Both the position numbers and the translations under genes were made by a program. 64,000 nt of DNA from an uncultured delta proteobacterium (lineage in GTDB: Bacteria; Desulfobacterota; Desulfobacteria; Desulfobacterales; UBA2156): NCBI GenBank assembly GCA_963736855.1, contig CAVTQK010000015.1, positions 224,001 to 288,000 on the forward strand, read 5' to 3'. Under the pieces are notes generated by a model that ran no database searches, had not been told where the DNA came from, and worked only from the letters and a program-made list of their open reading frames with translations. This document shows, one piece after another, positions 19,606 through 29,612 of the stretch. Position 1 is the stretch's first letter. Every line of letters begins with the position of its first letter.

Positions 19606-20457
19606 ATGAAAAACGTCGGTATCTTTTACCACTCCTCTTTCAGCCGCAAGAGTTACATGACTATCGGCAACCGGCTGCGGGATTTCCCCGAGGTGTTGGA
19701 TCTCTTGCTGCAACGGCCCAACGTGCGCCTGTTTGAAGCCCCCCGGGCCTCGGATGATCTCATCCTCAAGGTCCACGCCCCGGAGATGCTCACCATGGTG
19801 GCTCGGGACGGCTTTTGCTCTACGGCCTACGAATCCGTGGGCTCAGTGGTGGCGGGCATGGAGGCCCTGGCAAAGGAAGAGATCGACCGGGCTTTCTGTT
19901 TCATCGGGGCCGGGGGCCACCACGCCGGCTACGACCAGTTCTGGGGAGCCTGTTGCTTCAACGACGTGGTCATTGCCCTGACCCACACCCGGGAGATCAG
20001 TTCCTGGCGGCGCTTCGCCATTTTCGACACCGACGCCCACCACGGCGACGGCACCCGCCAGTTGGTCCAGGACGATCCGGAGGTGCTGCATATTTGTTTC
20101 TGTGGTCAAAACTATCATTCCCGGGACGGCAGCAAGATCGACATCAACGTTTACCGGTCGTACGATCACGGCGACCCTAACGCCCAATATCTCGAACAGG
20201 TGCGGAAAAATGCAGCCCTGGTGCCGCCCTTTAAGCCGGATCTCCTCGTCTGGTACTACGGCTTCGACACCCACGAAGACGATTACGGCTCTCTGGGTCT
20301 GAGCGAAGCGGCCTACTTCGACATCTGTGACCTGATGATCACCACCGCGGCGAAGGCTGATGTCCCCCTGCAGGTGGTCCTGGGGGGCGGTTCGCTCTCC
20401 CACCTGGCCACCGCCACCATCCCGGAGATCATCCGCCGCCTGGCGGAATCCTTATGA
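19606..20457 (+). CDS. Histone deacetylase family amidohydrolase
   Basis: GHHAG, G.CCFND, DTDAHHGDGT, GFDTH..D. Confidence 0.9.
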   Translation: MKNVGIFYHSSFSRKSYMTIGNRLRDFPEVLDLLLQRPNVRLFEAPRASDDLILKVHAPEMLTMVARDGFCSTAYESVGSVVAGMEALAKEEIDRAFCFIGAGGHHAGYDQFWGACCFNDVVIALTHTREISSWRRFAIFDTDAHHGDGTRQLVQDDPEVLHICFCGQNYHSRDGSKIDINVYRSYDHGDPNAQYLEQVRKNAALVPPFKPDLLVWYYGFDTHEDDYGSLGLSEAAYFDICDLMITTAAKADVPLQVVLGGGSLSHLATATIPEIIRRLAESL

Positions 20458-20603
20458 AGATCAACAAGAACGTTATAGTCAACGTCATAAATAACTTGAT
20501 ATACGGGTCAGTATCTTCTGACATACGGGTTTGAAATTCGAAAATTTTTTTACTGCTACCGTATTTTCAAGTGTAGAATCGACTGGATCATGGAGGGCAG
20601 ACC

Positions 20604-21737
20604 ATGTCGCTCAAGAATCCCAAGCGCAGGATAGGTGCTTTGGCTTTTCCCCGGCGATCACTTCCGGGAAGCGCCCCTGGAACTCTGATACTCGATCCCC
20701 AGGCTCCAAAGCCCATAATCCGAGTTGTTGCGTTCGGACCCGATAAAGTGATCGAGAAGGATGTCGAAGACCTGCAAACAGTCCAGACGCTTTTCAATGA
20801 ATGGCCGGTGACATGGATCAATGTTATAGGACTGGGCGACCTCTCGATCATCATGAAACTGGGCGATATTTTCAATATCCATCGGCTGGCTCTCGAGGAT
20901 GTTATCAACGTTCATCAGAGGCCCAAAGTGGAGCAGTACAAGGGTTATTGCTATATCGTCATTCGAGGGGTCGGGGATATCGAAAAGCAAGTCACCGAAC
21001 AGATCAGTATTTTCCTGGGTAAAAAGTTTGTGCTCACTTTTCAGGAGCGCGCCGGCAATTATTTCGATCTTGTGCTCGATCGTATCCGCGCAGGTACCGG
21101 CCGGATGCGCATTGCCGGGCCGGATCATCTGACCTATGCTTTGATCGACGCAATTATCGACTGCTATTTTCCGGTTCTGGAGAGGTATGGCGAACGGGTG
21201 GATTCTCTGGAAGACGCTATCGTCGCACAGCCTAACAGTAACCTCATCGGACAAATTCACGATATGAGGCATGGTCTGCTCACTTTGCGGCGCGCCGCCT
21301 GGCCGCTGCGTGAAGCCATGAACATACTCTATCGCGAGCCGATTCCATTGATCGACGAAGAGGAGCGGCTTTACCTCAGAGACTCTTACGATCACACGGT
21401 TCAGATCATTGATTTGTTGGAAAATTATCGTGACGTGACTTCAGGATTGATGGAAGTATATCTCTCCAGTATCAGCAACCGCACTAACGAGATTATGAAG
21501 GTTCTGACGATCCTTACAGCGATATTTGTCCCCCTTACGCTTATCTCCGGTATTTACGGAATGAACTTTAATACCCAGGCTTCGCCATGGAATATGCCCG
21601 AGCTGGGATGGCGCTGGGGCTACCCGTTTGCTTTGGGTCTTATGGCTCTGGTAGCCGTTATCCTGTTGCTGTTCTTCAAAAGAAAAGGATGGATAGGTTC
21701 TCCCGTTAAGCGCCCTCCTTCCGAGAATCAGACATAA
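20604..21737 (+). CDS. corA: Magnesium/cobalt transporter
   Basis: LALEDV...QRPK, NEIMKVLT, YGMNF, MPEL. Confidence 0.95.
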   Translation: MSLKNPKRRIGALAFPRRSLPGSAPGTLILDPQAPKPIIRVVAFGPDKVIEKDVEDLQTVQTLFNEWPVTWINVIGLGDLSIIMKLGDIFNIHRLALEDVINVHQRPKVEQYKGYCYIVIRGVGDIEKQVTEQISIFLGKKFVLTFQERAGNYFDLVLDRIRAGTGRMRIAGPDHLTYALIDAIIDCYFPVLERYGERVDSLEDAIVAQPNSNLIGQIHDMRHGLLTLRRAAWPLREAMNILYREPIPLIDEEERLYLRDSYDHTVQIIDLLENYRDVTSGLMEVYLSSISNRTNEIMKVLTILTAIFVPLTLISGIYGMNFNTQASPWNMPELGWRWGYPFALGLMALVAVILLLFFKRKGWIGSPVKRPPSENQT

Positions 21738-21805
21738 TTTTTTTAGTCCATCAATTTACCGCATCGCCGCAAATTCGTGGTTACATCCCAGCAAAGACAA
21801 ATTGG

Positions 21806-22102
21806 GTGGGAAAGATGAAACCGGACCTGAAACAGGGAAACCGGGTCAAAGCCCTTCAAGAGCTGATCGCTCAAGAGAATCTTATTGATGAGCGCGTGGA
21901 TGCAGAGGGAAACCGGTGGCGGAAGGTATATTTCGGTGGTGGAGAGCATTGCCGAAACTGGCTCGTGCAGTTCAAGGAACTTGGTGACGTAAGAGTTGAA
22001 GCAGTGGATTCTGAAGGGTTCAGGTGTTTCAAAGAGGGTGGGGAAAAGCTTTGCAGGGTCTGGTTAAAGATGGACGAATCCGGACTGGATGATCTGTTCT
22101 GA
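21806..22102 (+). CDS. Hypothetical protein
   Basis: 98 aa ORF, W.KVYFGGG.H, C..CF..GGE-like motif. Confidence 0.55.
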   Translation: MGKMKPDLKQGNRVKALQELIAQENLIDERVDAEGNRWRKVYFGGGEHCRNWLVQFKELGDVRVEAVDSEGFRCFKEGGEKLCRVWLKMDESGLDDLF

Positions 22103-22145
22103 AAAAACCAGCCGTTGGCCTTGGTGTATTATATGAAGGTGTCTG

Positions 22146-22442
22146 TTATGCCATAATTTCTTTTATTGGCAATATTTGCTTGCCATGGCGGATCGTAAGG
22201 ATAGATATTTGTTCCGCTTCAATACGATAAATTATACGGTAATTACCGTAAATAAGCTCCCTAAATTGATTGTTTCTAATTTCGGGAACAATCCTACCGA
22301 TTTCCGGGGAAGATTTTAGTTGCTCAACTTTTGAAAATACTGTTTTAATCCATTTTTCTGCTGCTGATGGTTTGTCTTGGGCAATATAGCCTGCGATTTC
22401 TGAAGCCCTATCGACAGCCAGCGGTGACCAGACGATGTTCAT
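22146..22442 (-). CDS. RelE/ParE family toxin
   Basis: WS..A, P..GR.VPE, RELIYGNYRIIY. Confidence 0.9.
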   Translation of the reverse strand: MNIVWSPLAVDRASEIAGYIAQDKPSAAEKWIKTVFSKVEQLKSSPEIGRIVPEIRNNQFRELIYGNYRIIYRIEAEQISILTIRHGKQILPIKEIMA

Positions 22443-22720
22443 TTTTGGACTCGCTTTAAAACTTTGTCCATTGCATCCTCATGATCTATACCTTGTCCAT
22501 TTTCGATCTGGCTTAAGGATATCTGAACATCCGTTAAAAGTTCAATTTTCTCTTGCATCGTTTCAAATTCATGTGCGTCTATAAGAACAGCAACGCCTTT
22601 TCCATGCTGAGTAATTATCAAAGGTCTTTTTGTATCGTGGACTTGCTTGATAAAATTTGCGATGCCGGTTCTTATCTCAGACAACGGTTTGATATCCTGG
22701 TTAATTTTTAGTCTTTGCAT
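22439..22720 (-). CDS. Phd/YefM antitoxin
   Basis: KPLSE, RPLIITQHGKGVAVL; overlaps toxin start; GAGGTG RBS. Confidence 0.9.
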   Translation of the reverse strand: MQRLKINQDIKPLSEIRTGIANFIKQVHDTKRPLIITQHGKGVAVLIDAHEFETMQEKIELLTDVQISLSQIENGQGIDHEDAMDKVLKRVQK

Positions 22721-22744
22721 CTTGCACCTCATTTCAGTTCTTAT

Positions 22745-22768
22745 TTTTGTACAATATAACGTACAAAA
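22745..22768. promoter_or_regulatory. Putative TA autoregulatory operator
   Basis: TTTTGTAC-N8-GTACAAAA inverted repeat. Confidence 0.55.
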
Positions 22769-22794
22769 AAGATGCATGCAAGATATTTTTTAGG

Positions 22795-22852
22795 GGCATA
22801 ACGAAAAAATCAGCCGGAGCGTAGCGATCGGCTGAATTGATTTTGCTCGGTG
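22795..22852 (-). mobile_element. attC site
   Basis: CACCGAGC...TCAGCCG..CGGCTGA...GTTATGCC. Confidence 0.8.
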
Positions 22853-22867
22853 TGCACATTTTCAATC

Positions 22868-23609
22868 CTATCTCTTTCCGATAACTTTCTGGATCAGCGA
22901 CGGAACAACCCTGTTGAGAAATAGTACAAGTTTTGTTCGCCCCGGCTTGATCTCGTAATTGTCCATTTCTATATTGCGGATGACTTCTCTTGCCAAGATG
23001 TCTGGCGATATTTTACCGGCATCGTTCTCACGCCCCTTCGTCATATCAGTATCAACAAGCGGTGTAATGATCTCAAACACTTTAACAGGGGTACCCTGTA
23101 GTTGATAACGAAGGGATTTAGAAAAAGCATGAAGGGCCGCCTTTGTAGCACAGTATATTGGTGCACTACTTTTTGGCACAATTCCAAGAAAAGATGAAAC
23201 ATTAATGATTGCTGCTTCAGACGCCTTCACAAGATTCGACAAAACAAGTCTTAGTTAGGCGAGCTACTGCTTTAAAATTGATGTCAATCTCTTCGTCAAT
23301 CTTTTTTAGCGCATTCTCATCCTTAAGAAAATCATATTGGTGTTGAATTCCTGCGTTGTTGACGAGGATATTAAGCGATTGGAAATTGGCTGTTAAATGA
23401 TCAAGCATTTGATTAACTTCAATTGGATTCGAAACATCACATTGGATAGTATGAATACCAGGGTATTGTTTCTTGACCCAATCCAATTTATTGATATTTC
23501 GGCCGCAGACAATAACAGTGTTCATATTTTCTAAGAATACTTTAGCAATCGATAAACCGATCCCAGATGCACCGCCGGTCACAAGAACAGTATTTCCTTC
23601 GATTTTCAT
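22868..23609 (-). pseudogene. SDR oxidoreductase (DltE-like), frameshift at ~23250
   Basis: TGGASGIG and NNAG in ORF1; NVSS and YCATK in ORF2. Confidence 0.8.
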
Positions 23610-23624
23610 AATTTCATTCCATTT

Positions 23625-24017
23625 CTATTTCACCGAACTGCCAATTGAGTCGCCCAGAACCCGCTTTCGAACCTCGTCACGAAGATAATCTAGCAACTCT
23701 GATGGACTCACCATTCGCCGTTGTGTCTCGATCCTCACCCAACTCAACAATTCCAGTCGCATGGAAAGCACCATGCTTTCGGTGCTAAGTGCCAGCGTGG
23801 AGCCGCAAGGACAATTAGCCATCGCCATGGACCCGATGGGCTGCGTGGTTTTCCAATCTCCAATTTCTGCATCGTAGGACATGGGCGGTCCAATACGTGT
23901 GGTGATCTGTATATACTCCCGGAGCGTGGCAAAACTCCGATTACAGTTTGGGCAGATCTTTGGGAAAAGGCTCTCAAAGTGTTCGCGCAAGGTCTGGACT
24001 ACTTCATCTTCGGTCAT
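23625..24017 (-). CDS. Hypothetical Cys-motif cassette protein
   Basis: FPKICPNC, NCPCGSTLAL. Confidence 0.65.
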   Translation of the reverse strand: MTEDEVVQTLREHFESLFPKICPNCNRSFATLREYIQITTRIGPPMSYDAEIGDWKTTQPIGSMAMANCPCGSTLALSTESMVLSMRLELLSWVRIETQRRMVSPSELLDYLRDEVRKRVLGDSIGSSVK

Positions 24018-24026
24018 GTTGGCGGC

Positions 24027-24120
24027 TTCCTAACGATAGCGATAACCGGCACGCGCTGGCACTGGCTTTCGTGTCACTTCTGCCTTGCTGGCGAGTGTCC
24101 GGTTCATTGCCTGTAAAGAT
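24027..24120 (-). mobile_element. attC site
   Basis: ATCTTTAC..AACCGGACAC...GTGCCGGTT..GTTAGGAA. Confidence 0.7.
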
Positions 24121-24160
24121 CTTTCAAGCATCTTCCTTCATTACTAATCTCTTACGGCTA

Positions 24161-24616
24161 CTATATGTATCGAGGCGAGTCTTTCGACTCTTCGTAGTAC
24201 GCCTCGACGCCGATTTCCTTCATTAAATTATTCATTTTGATCCATCTCTCTTTCAGATTTGGATCAAAATTGGTTTTCTCGCACGGGTACTCGTTGCACT
24301 GAAAACAAAAATCGATACCTCTTTTCTTAGAGCATGGAGCAACACCACAGTTCGGGTATATACAGTCCCCATTGCGGCATCCTTTACAACCGGCTTGCGC
24401 GAAATGGTCTAACAATTTCTTAAAGGAAGGGTAGTTATCAAAAACTGCGTTAAAACGGGAGAATCTTTCAGCGTAACTATCAAAAGCTCCGAGTAATCTC
24501 TTTAGCTCACCGGCATTCCTTTTTATCTCTCCGTCAACATAGGCCAAGCATTTGGAACAGTTCAAACCGCAAGGCGCAAGCACTTTTACAATATCATCGT
24601 AGTTCATAGTTTTCAT
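24161..24616 (-). CDS. DUF3795 Cys-rich protein
   Basis: APCGLNCSKC, CKGCR, FCFQCNEYPC. Confidence 0.85.
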   Translation of the reverse strand: MKTMNYDDIVKVLAPCGLNCSKCLAYVDGEIKRNAGELKRLLGAFDSYAERFSRFNAVFDNYPSFKKLLDHFAQAGCKGCRNGDCIYPNCGVAPCSKKRGIDFCFQCNEYPCEKTNFDPNLKERWIKMNNLMKEIGVEAYYEESKDSPRYI

Positions 24617-24625
24617 CCTCTTTCT

Positions 24626-24686
24626 GCTCTAATGATGCGGGTGAGACGCTCGGCTCACCGCTTCGCCTCCACCCGTTGGTTCGATG
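24626..24686 (-). mobile_element. attC site (degenerate R')
   Basis: CATCGAAC..CGGGTGGAGGCG...CGTCTCACCCG..ATTAGAGC. Confidence 0.7.
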
Positions 24687-25155
24687 CTCCTCGTTCCATA
24701 ATCGTCGAGATTGCAAAGCCATCTGCGAGCGCAATCAGAGCCCAGAAAATGAGTTCTATTGCGATGAGACCGAAGGGTTCGCCGAATTGGTTGAAAGGTG
24801 TGAAGAACTCCCAGAAAACGAATGTCATCACAAAGACGATCAGGGCGAAGGAAAGACCACGTTTCGCGATGCCCGTCGGCCACGCGGAGCAAAGCCAGCG
24901 GTAGAGATATGCGTGCACAACTCCGAAGACGATAATGCCCAGGATGATAGGGATGGGGCGATTCACGACGAGAGGCAGAGGCTCAAGCTCGGTCCACACG
25001 GCGATGAGTTTCCTGCTCTGAAAGGATTGATTGAGCAGGATTCCATCTCCGTTCACTCCGAACCCTATGAATCGGAATGTGAGTAGCATAACGACGTTCA
25101 TTGCGAAACCGCCCGCAACACCGGCAAGAACCGTTTTGACATGAGATGGCTTCAT
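24655..25155 (-). CDS. Hypothetical membrane cassette protein
   Basis: 4 TM segments; reads into its attC. Confidence 0.7.
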   Translation of the reverse strand: MKPSHVKTVLAGVAGGFAMNVVMLLTFRFIGFGVNGDGILLNQSFQSRKLIAVWTELEPLPLVVNRPIPIILGIIVFGVVHAYLYRWLCSAWPTGIAKRGLSFALIVFVMTFVFWEFFTPFNQFGEPFGLIAIELIFWALIALADGFAISTIMERGASNQRVEAKR

Positions 25156-25160
25156 CTTAT

Positions 25161-25216
25161 CATCGTACGGCGGAGGTCAGCGGTGGCGAAGCCATCCGCT
25201 GGAGAGATGTTGGACC
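25161..25216 (-). mobile_element. attC site
   Basis: GGTCCAAC..CAGCGGATGGC-TTC-GCCACCGCTG..GTACGATG. Confidence 0.75.
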
Positions 25217-25249
25217 AAGATGGGATGGCATTTCCCTTGGCCTGGATTG

Positions 25250-25545
25250 CTAGTCCAGAAACGAAACCTTCTTTTTCACCATCTTTCCGTTCTGATACGT
25301 ACAAAGCAGGTCGACCTTGGAAAAGCCCACCCATCTGAAGCAACCAATGTCGTGGGGTTTCTCTCGGATTTAGAAACGTTCAAACCGAGTCCCCGCGCTA
25401 AGGATTCGGCAGTTTCAATAGGGGTGTTTACGGAGATCTGCTGGGAAAAATCATCAATCCGTGTTTCCGCCTCATGGACTTGCCGAAAAGGATAAGCCAG
25501 TAAGAGGAGAATCGATACTGCAATTATTATGGCTTTCATTTTCAT
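25250..25545 (-). pseudogene. Small exported cassette protein, probable frameshift at ~25300
   Basis: Signal-like N-terminus; alternative frame continues YQNGKMVKKKVSFLD*. Confidence 0.45.
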
Positions 25546-25559
25546 TCTTATTCTCTCAA

Positions 25560-25630
25560 GGTCCAACGCTGCGCCTGAACCGCGGGAACCCGATGTGGGT
25601 CACCGTCGCGTTCCAGGCGCTTGTTGGCAA
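25560..25630 (-). mobile_element. attC site
   Basis: TTGCCAAC-AAGCGCCTGGAAC...GTTCAGGCGCAGC-GTTGGACC. Confidence 0.85.
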
Positions 25631-25658
25631 CTCTGCCTCTCCAAGAAATCCCAATATT

Positions 25659-28265
25659 CTACGGATTCTCCTCAGGTTCAAGAGATGGCAGTTCAAACTG
25701 CTGCGCGACCCGATCGTCAGGTTCGTCAGGTGCGTCCTCAAGACGACCCTCCTTTAGTCTACGTTCAATGTAGGCTCGCTCATCAAAAAACCGTTTTTGC
25801 ATTACCTCCACCACGCTCGTGCAAAACGGTTGTGGTAGACGTCCCATATCAAACCTCTTGAACTCCTCCCTCTCCTGGGCCTTCAGGTAGTCAATGAAGA
25901 TTTGTGTTCGGTTGAACCGAACACGCATCCTCTCCTCCTTATCTGTTTCCCGGTCACCCAAGTTGTTGACTTCGTAGACGGACTGACGGAGGGTGCGTTC
26001 TAACTGGGAATCGTCCAACGGGGTGTCCTGAAGCACGAGATCGAGGTACGCGAATTTGTGCGCAAGATGACGAGCGTAGTACCACCCCGCCGCCGTGACA
26101 CGAACATGGCTTGCACCCAAGACACTCGTGAGTGATCGGGTGTTCGCCTCGATGAGTTGGCTCGCAACGAGCCGGTTCAAAGTGGTAGTGACATCTTGAA
26201 CATTGTCAAAGGTATCAGCAAAGAAACCAATGATCCTGGCCAGATCGACATACCCACGCCCTTCTGGATTCGATTTCCCCTCGATGGTCGAGAAGCACAG
26301 CGAGGAGCCTGATGGCAGTAAAGTGGCTGGCATTTCGTTCTCCGGTACAGTTGAAGATGTTCAATATGGGACTCTGATCCTCTTTATAGTAGGCTCGGTC
26401 TTGCAGCATCACCGACTTCAGAAACTCGTGAAATGCTACGTTGTAGCGACCATCTCTCCTGTAGATCAGGAGCGTCTTGTCAACGTCGGTTGCACCGGAC
26501 GCCAGAAACGTGGTGAACATCTGCAACGCTGACCGCATATTCCCAAAGCAGATGCATTCCATGAAGCGAGCAATGCGACGACTCCATTCCAGCACACTAA
26601 ATTGGACGATGCGGAGGAACTCACAGATGTCTTTGGTGTCGAACGTGTGCCCGCGCAACATGGTGGCCAACTTTGCTCAAGATTATCACGAGACTCAAGG
26701 GCGCGAATGCCGCATACTCAATTCGATTTCTGGATCATCGCGCGGAAATGAGGCGATGCTATATGAAACTTGTGGCTCGTGTATGCCGTAAATGCGTTCT
26801 GGATGCTGGAGGCGTAGTAGCGATTTCTCGTATCGCTATGATCGTAACGCTCGCCGCCAAACGCGTGATCTCTGCGGCAAGCAGGAATACTGCGCCTGGA
26901 TCAGTCTCGATCAGTTGGTCTACGTTGTCTATGAACAGAACGACAGTCCGTTTGTGAAACAGCCATGAGAGGCGCAAGAGGTTCGGCACGTAGTCCGACA
27001 ACTCCTGCTGCCATCTCAGCATGTATGGTCCAATGGCTTGCTCATATTCCTCTGTGTGTCTTCTTCTTGTTCCACGCAACGCAGTACGTTCCAAATTGCG
27101 TAACCTCTCCTTGAACAAAGCCTTCAGGTTCTTTCGACACTCCACATCCAAATCGCTGTATTGGGAGCGCAGAATTTCAAGGACCATTTTCCACACAAAC
27201 TGCTCAAGTCGATCAGCCGATAGAGGAGCCTTGAGGAAGTCCACATGAAATGTGAAGGCGTTCTCGTCTAAGAACCTGCGGGCGATAACCTTCTCGTAGC
27301 GTTTGAGAAATGTAGTCTTCCCCGATCCAATGCCCCCCAGCAGCAAATACAACTCACCTTGTCGCGCCGAAACCGCTCGCTTGAAGTCCGCACCGAAGCC
27401 CCCTGCATCGTCCTCTGATTGAAGAATTGGTTGTGTTCCGGCGAACGCCACGTCCTTCGGAATCGTGTCAGTAATCACAACATCTAGGTCCCCTCGGCTA
27501 CAACGCGAAGACTGCGAGTGTGAACGTAGCATGAATTAAGTAAATTCACGTCCTCCTGTGCGGCAATGTCTTCGAATATGTATTTCACGAGTGGCTGCAA
27601 CTGTGGATTGAGCCGATTTCTGTGCAGAGGAAGGTCGGCATTGAACAGCCGATCAACGACGCGATTGAAGTTCCGCGAGGCGGAAGGAAGGCGACTGAAC
27701 TCCGAATCCAGCGATCCATTAGATATGCACTCAAACGACAAGAGATTCCAGAATTCGACGAAATGCGCCTTGATGTAGTCGATCGATGGAAAGACTCGCG
27801 CTTTTCCATTTCTCCACGGCATGTCATCGCGGATAGCGCGGAAGATGATCCACGAGTAACCGTTCGTCGCTATAGCGAACTTCACTCCTTGATCGTCACA
27901 GTACTGCCGGACTTGGCGAATGGTTTCGTCCACGGCAGGATCAGTGACAAGAGCGCCGTTCAGACTTGGCGAGTGGGGAGTCGGTACGTTTCAGGAAGGA
28001 CAAAGGCTATACCTTCGCGCTTGGCCTCAACCACGACGTACTGGGTTTGCCTCACTCTCAGTTGATAATCTGTGTATCCGCTCTGAACATGGTCCTCTCG
28101 GCTGATTGCTGATTCTGGCCAGAAACATACTTCCTTCAAGATGCGGTCTATGAGCTTAACACGCGTATCAGCTTCGCTTGTCCCTCCTTTGCCCGCGACG
28201 AAAACAGAGAAGTCGGCGGTAATGGCGTTGAGACGTTCTAGAGCTTCGTCGGCTGGATTAGTCAT
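25659..28265 (-). pseudogene. HsdR-N-like nuclease + P-loop ATPase protein, multiply frameshifted
   Basis: EADTR..ID, DY..EAKR, Q..Y..ATNG, GGIGSGKTT, IDNVDQ spread across 5 ORF pieces. Confidence 0.75.
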
Positions 28266-28303
28266 AACATAACCCTCCTCGTACCTGGCACCCTTTCGTT
28301 CTG

Positions 28304-28340
28304 TTGCCAACATTATCAATATCTGGAAAAAATTACTCGA
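28304..28340 (-). mobile_element. attI-like insertion site
   Basis: GTTGGCAA core matching R'' at 25623-25630, with no hairpin upstream; AT-rich context. Confidence 0.55.
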
Positions 28341-29264
28341 TATCGTCCTTATAGCCTGTCAAATATTACATATATGCTCATACCTGAATCTTTCACCAAA
28401 CTCCTTATAAATCAACGTGAGACCTGTAAAACCTTATGACTAAACAGTTCACGCGAATCAGAAATAAAGCCTATTTTTACCAACGAGGTAAAAACTCTCT
28501 ATCGACTTTCAGCAAATACAGGCCAGTATTGGTCTGGTAGAAACACTCTCGAAGCCAGTAAATTCGGGCTCTCACAAATAGGTTCATTTTGATATATTTA
28601 TAACACAATGAAAATACACAGAAATTTAACCGTGCAAAAAATTTCTTGCACGGAAAATTAAAAAAAGCGTGCAAGATTCAGGTCATAACAGATCAGTTAA
28701 TATGGAAAATGTCGTTCAACCTTTCCATCTATCACATTTTATGCGGCTAAATACGGAATTCGCAGTAAAGTCTCAATATTGCTCCTGGGCTGACTTTCGG
28801 ATGTGGGAGACGAGGCTTGCCGCATCCGTGGCATTCTTGACAGTAGATGGTCCGTATGCGAACCCGGTCTCAGCGGTCCCGATCCTCGGGCCATCGCCGG
28901 AAACAGCGGCCACTGAATGATCTTCCCTTTTATTGGGGTTGAATCGGTTGGACGGTTTGACTTCATCGGCGGTTCCTTTTGGTTAGGAGGATGAAAAATC
29001 TGGAACCTGTATGGCAAAATAAAACAAAGACCCTTTTTGCGCAACTCGAAAGTGTTCTTTTTTGTGGGGGAGCCCTGAGGGAAAAGAATTCTATCTCAAC
29101 GGGACAAGGCTGCTTCTCATCCGAGCCTACCCCCTGGCTGGGTATCCGTTTGCCTATTAAAAGGGCCGAAATTCGTCTTGCCTGCTGGGAATACTGCTGG
29201 GAAACCTGATTTTGCTAAATCAAAGGAGGGTTGTGATTGTATTCTAACCTATTGATATCATTAT

Positions 29265-29340
29265 TGGTGGTCCCAACGGGGATCGAACCCGTGTTTCCGG
29301 CGTGAGAGGCCAGCGTCCTGGGCCGCTAGACGATGGGACC
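29265..29340 (-). tRNA. tRNA-Glu(CTC)
   Basis: GGTCCCATCGTCTAG...CT-CTC-AC...GTTCGATC...ACCA. Confidence 0.95.
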
Positions 29341-29382
29341 CTTAATATATTTTATAAAGACTATTGGGAAAGCTGAGATTTG

Positions 29383-29610
29383 TCAAATACTATTCAAGCC
29401 CCCTCCAGCGCTTGATTTTTTCCCTTTTCTGAATCCGAAAATCAGGTAGACCAGCCAGCCGATGAAAGGGAAAAGGGCGATGACCCCCCACAAGGCCTTT
29501 TTCCCCATGGTTCCGAAGTCCTTGCGGGCCACGTCGAAGACGGCCAGGATGGTTAAAACAAAGAATACGGCGCCGATCTTGATCCAAACCAGGGTCGTTT
29601 CCAAGTCCAT
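29383..29610 (-). CDS. PLDc N-terminal-like small membrane protein
   Basis: A..D...K.LW...PFIG.LVY. Confidence 0.7.
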   Translation of the reverse strand: MDLETTLVWIKIGAVFFVLTILAVFDVARKDFGTMGKKALWGVIALFPFIGWLVYLIFGFRKGKKSSAGGGLNSI

Positions 29611-29612
29611 GT

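Larger units (their letters stand above)
22145..28311 (-). mobile_element. Integron cassette array lacking integrase (CALIN), 7 cassettes
   Basis: Five attC hairpins; core sites match the downstream R'' of the same cassette; co-oriented genes. Confidence 0.85.

Noticed and set aside
28669..29209. Short ORFs as a possible intI or transposase
   Set aside because: No recombinase or transposase motifs visible
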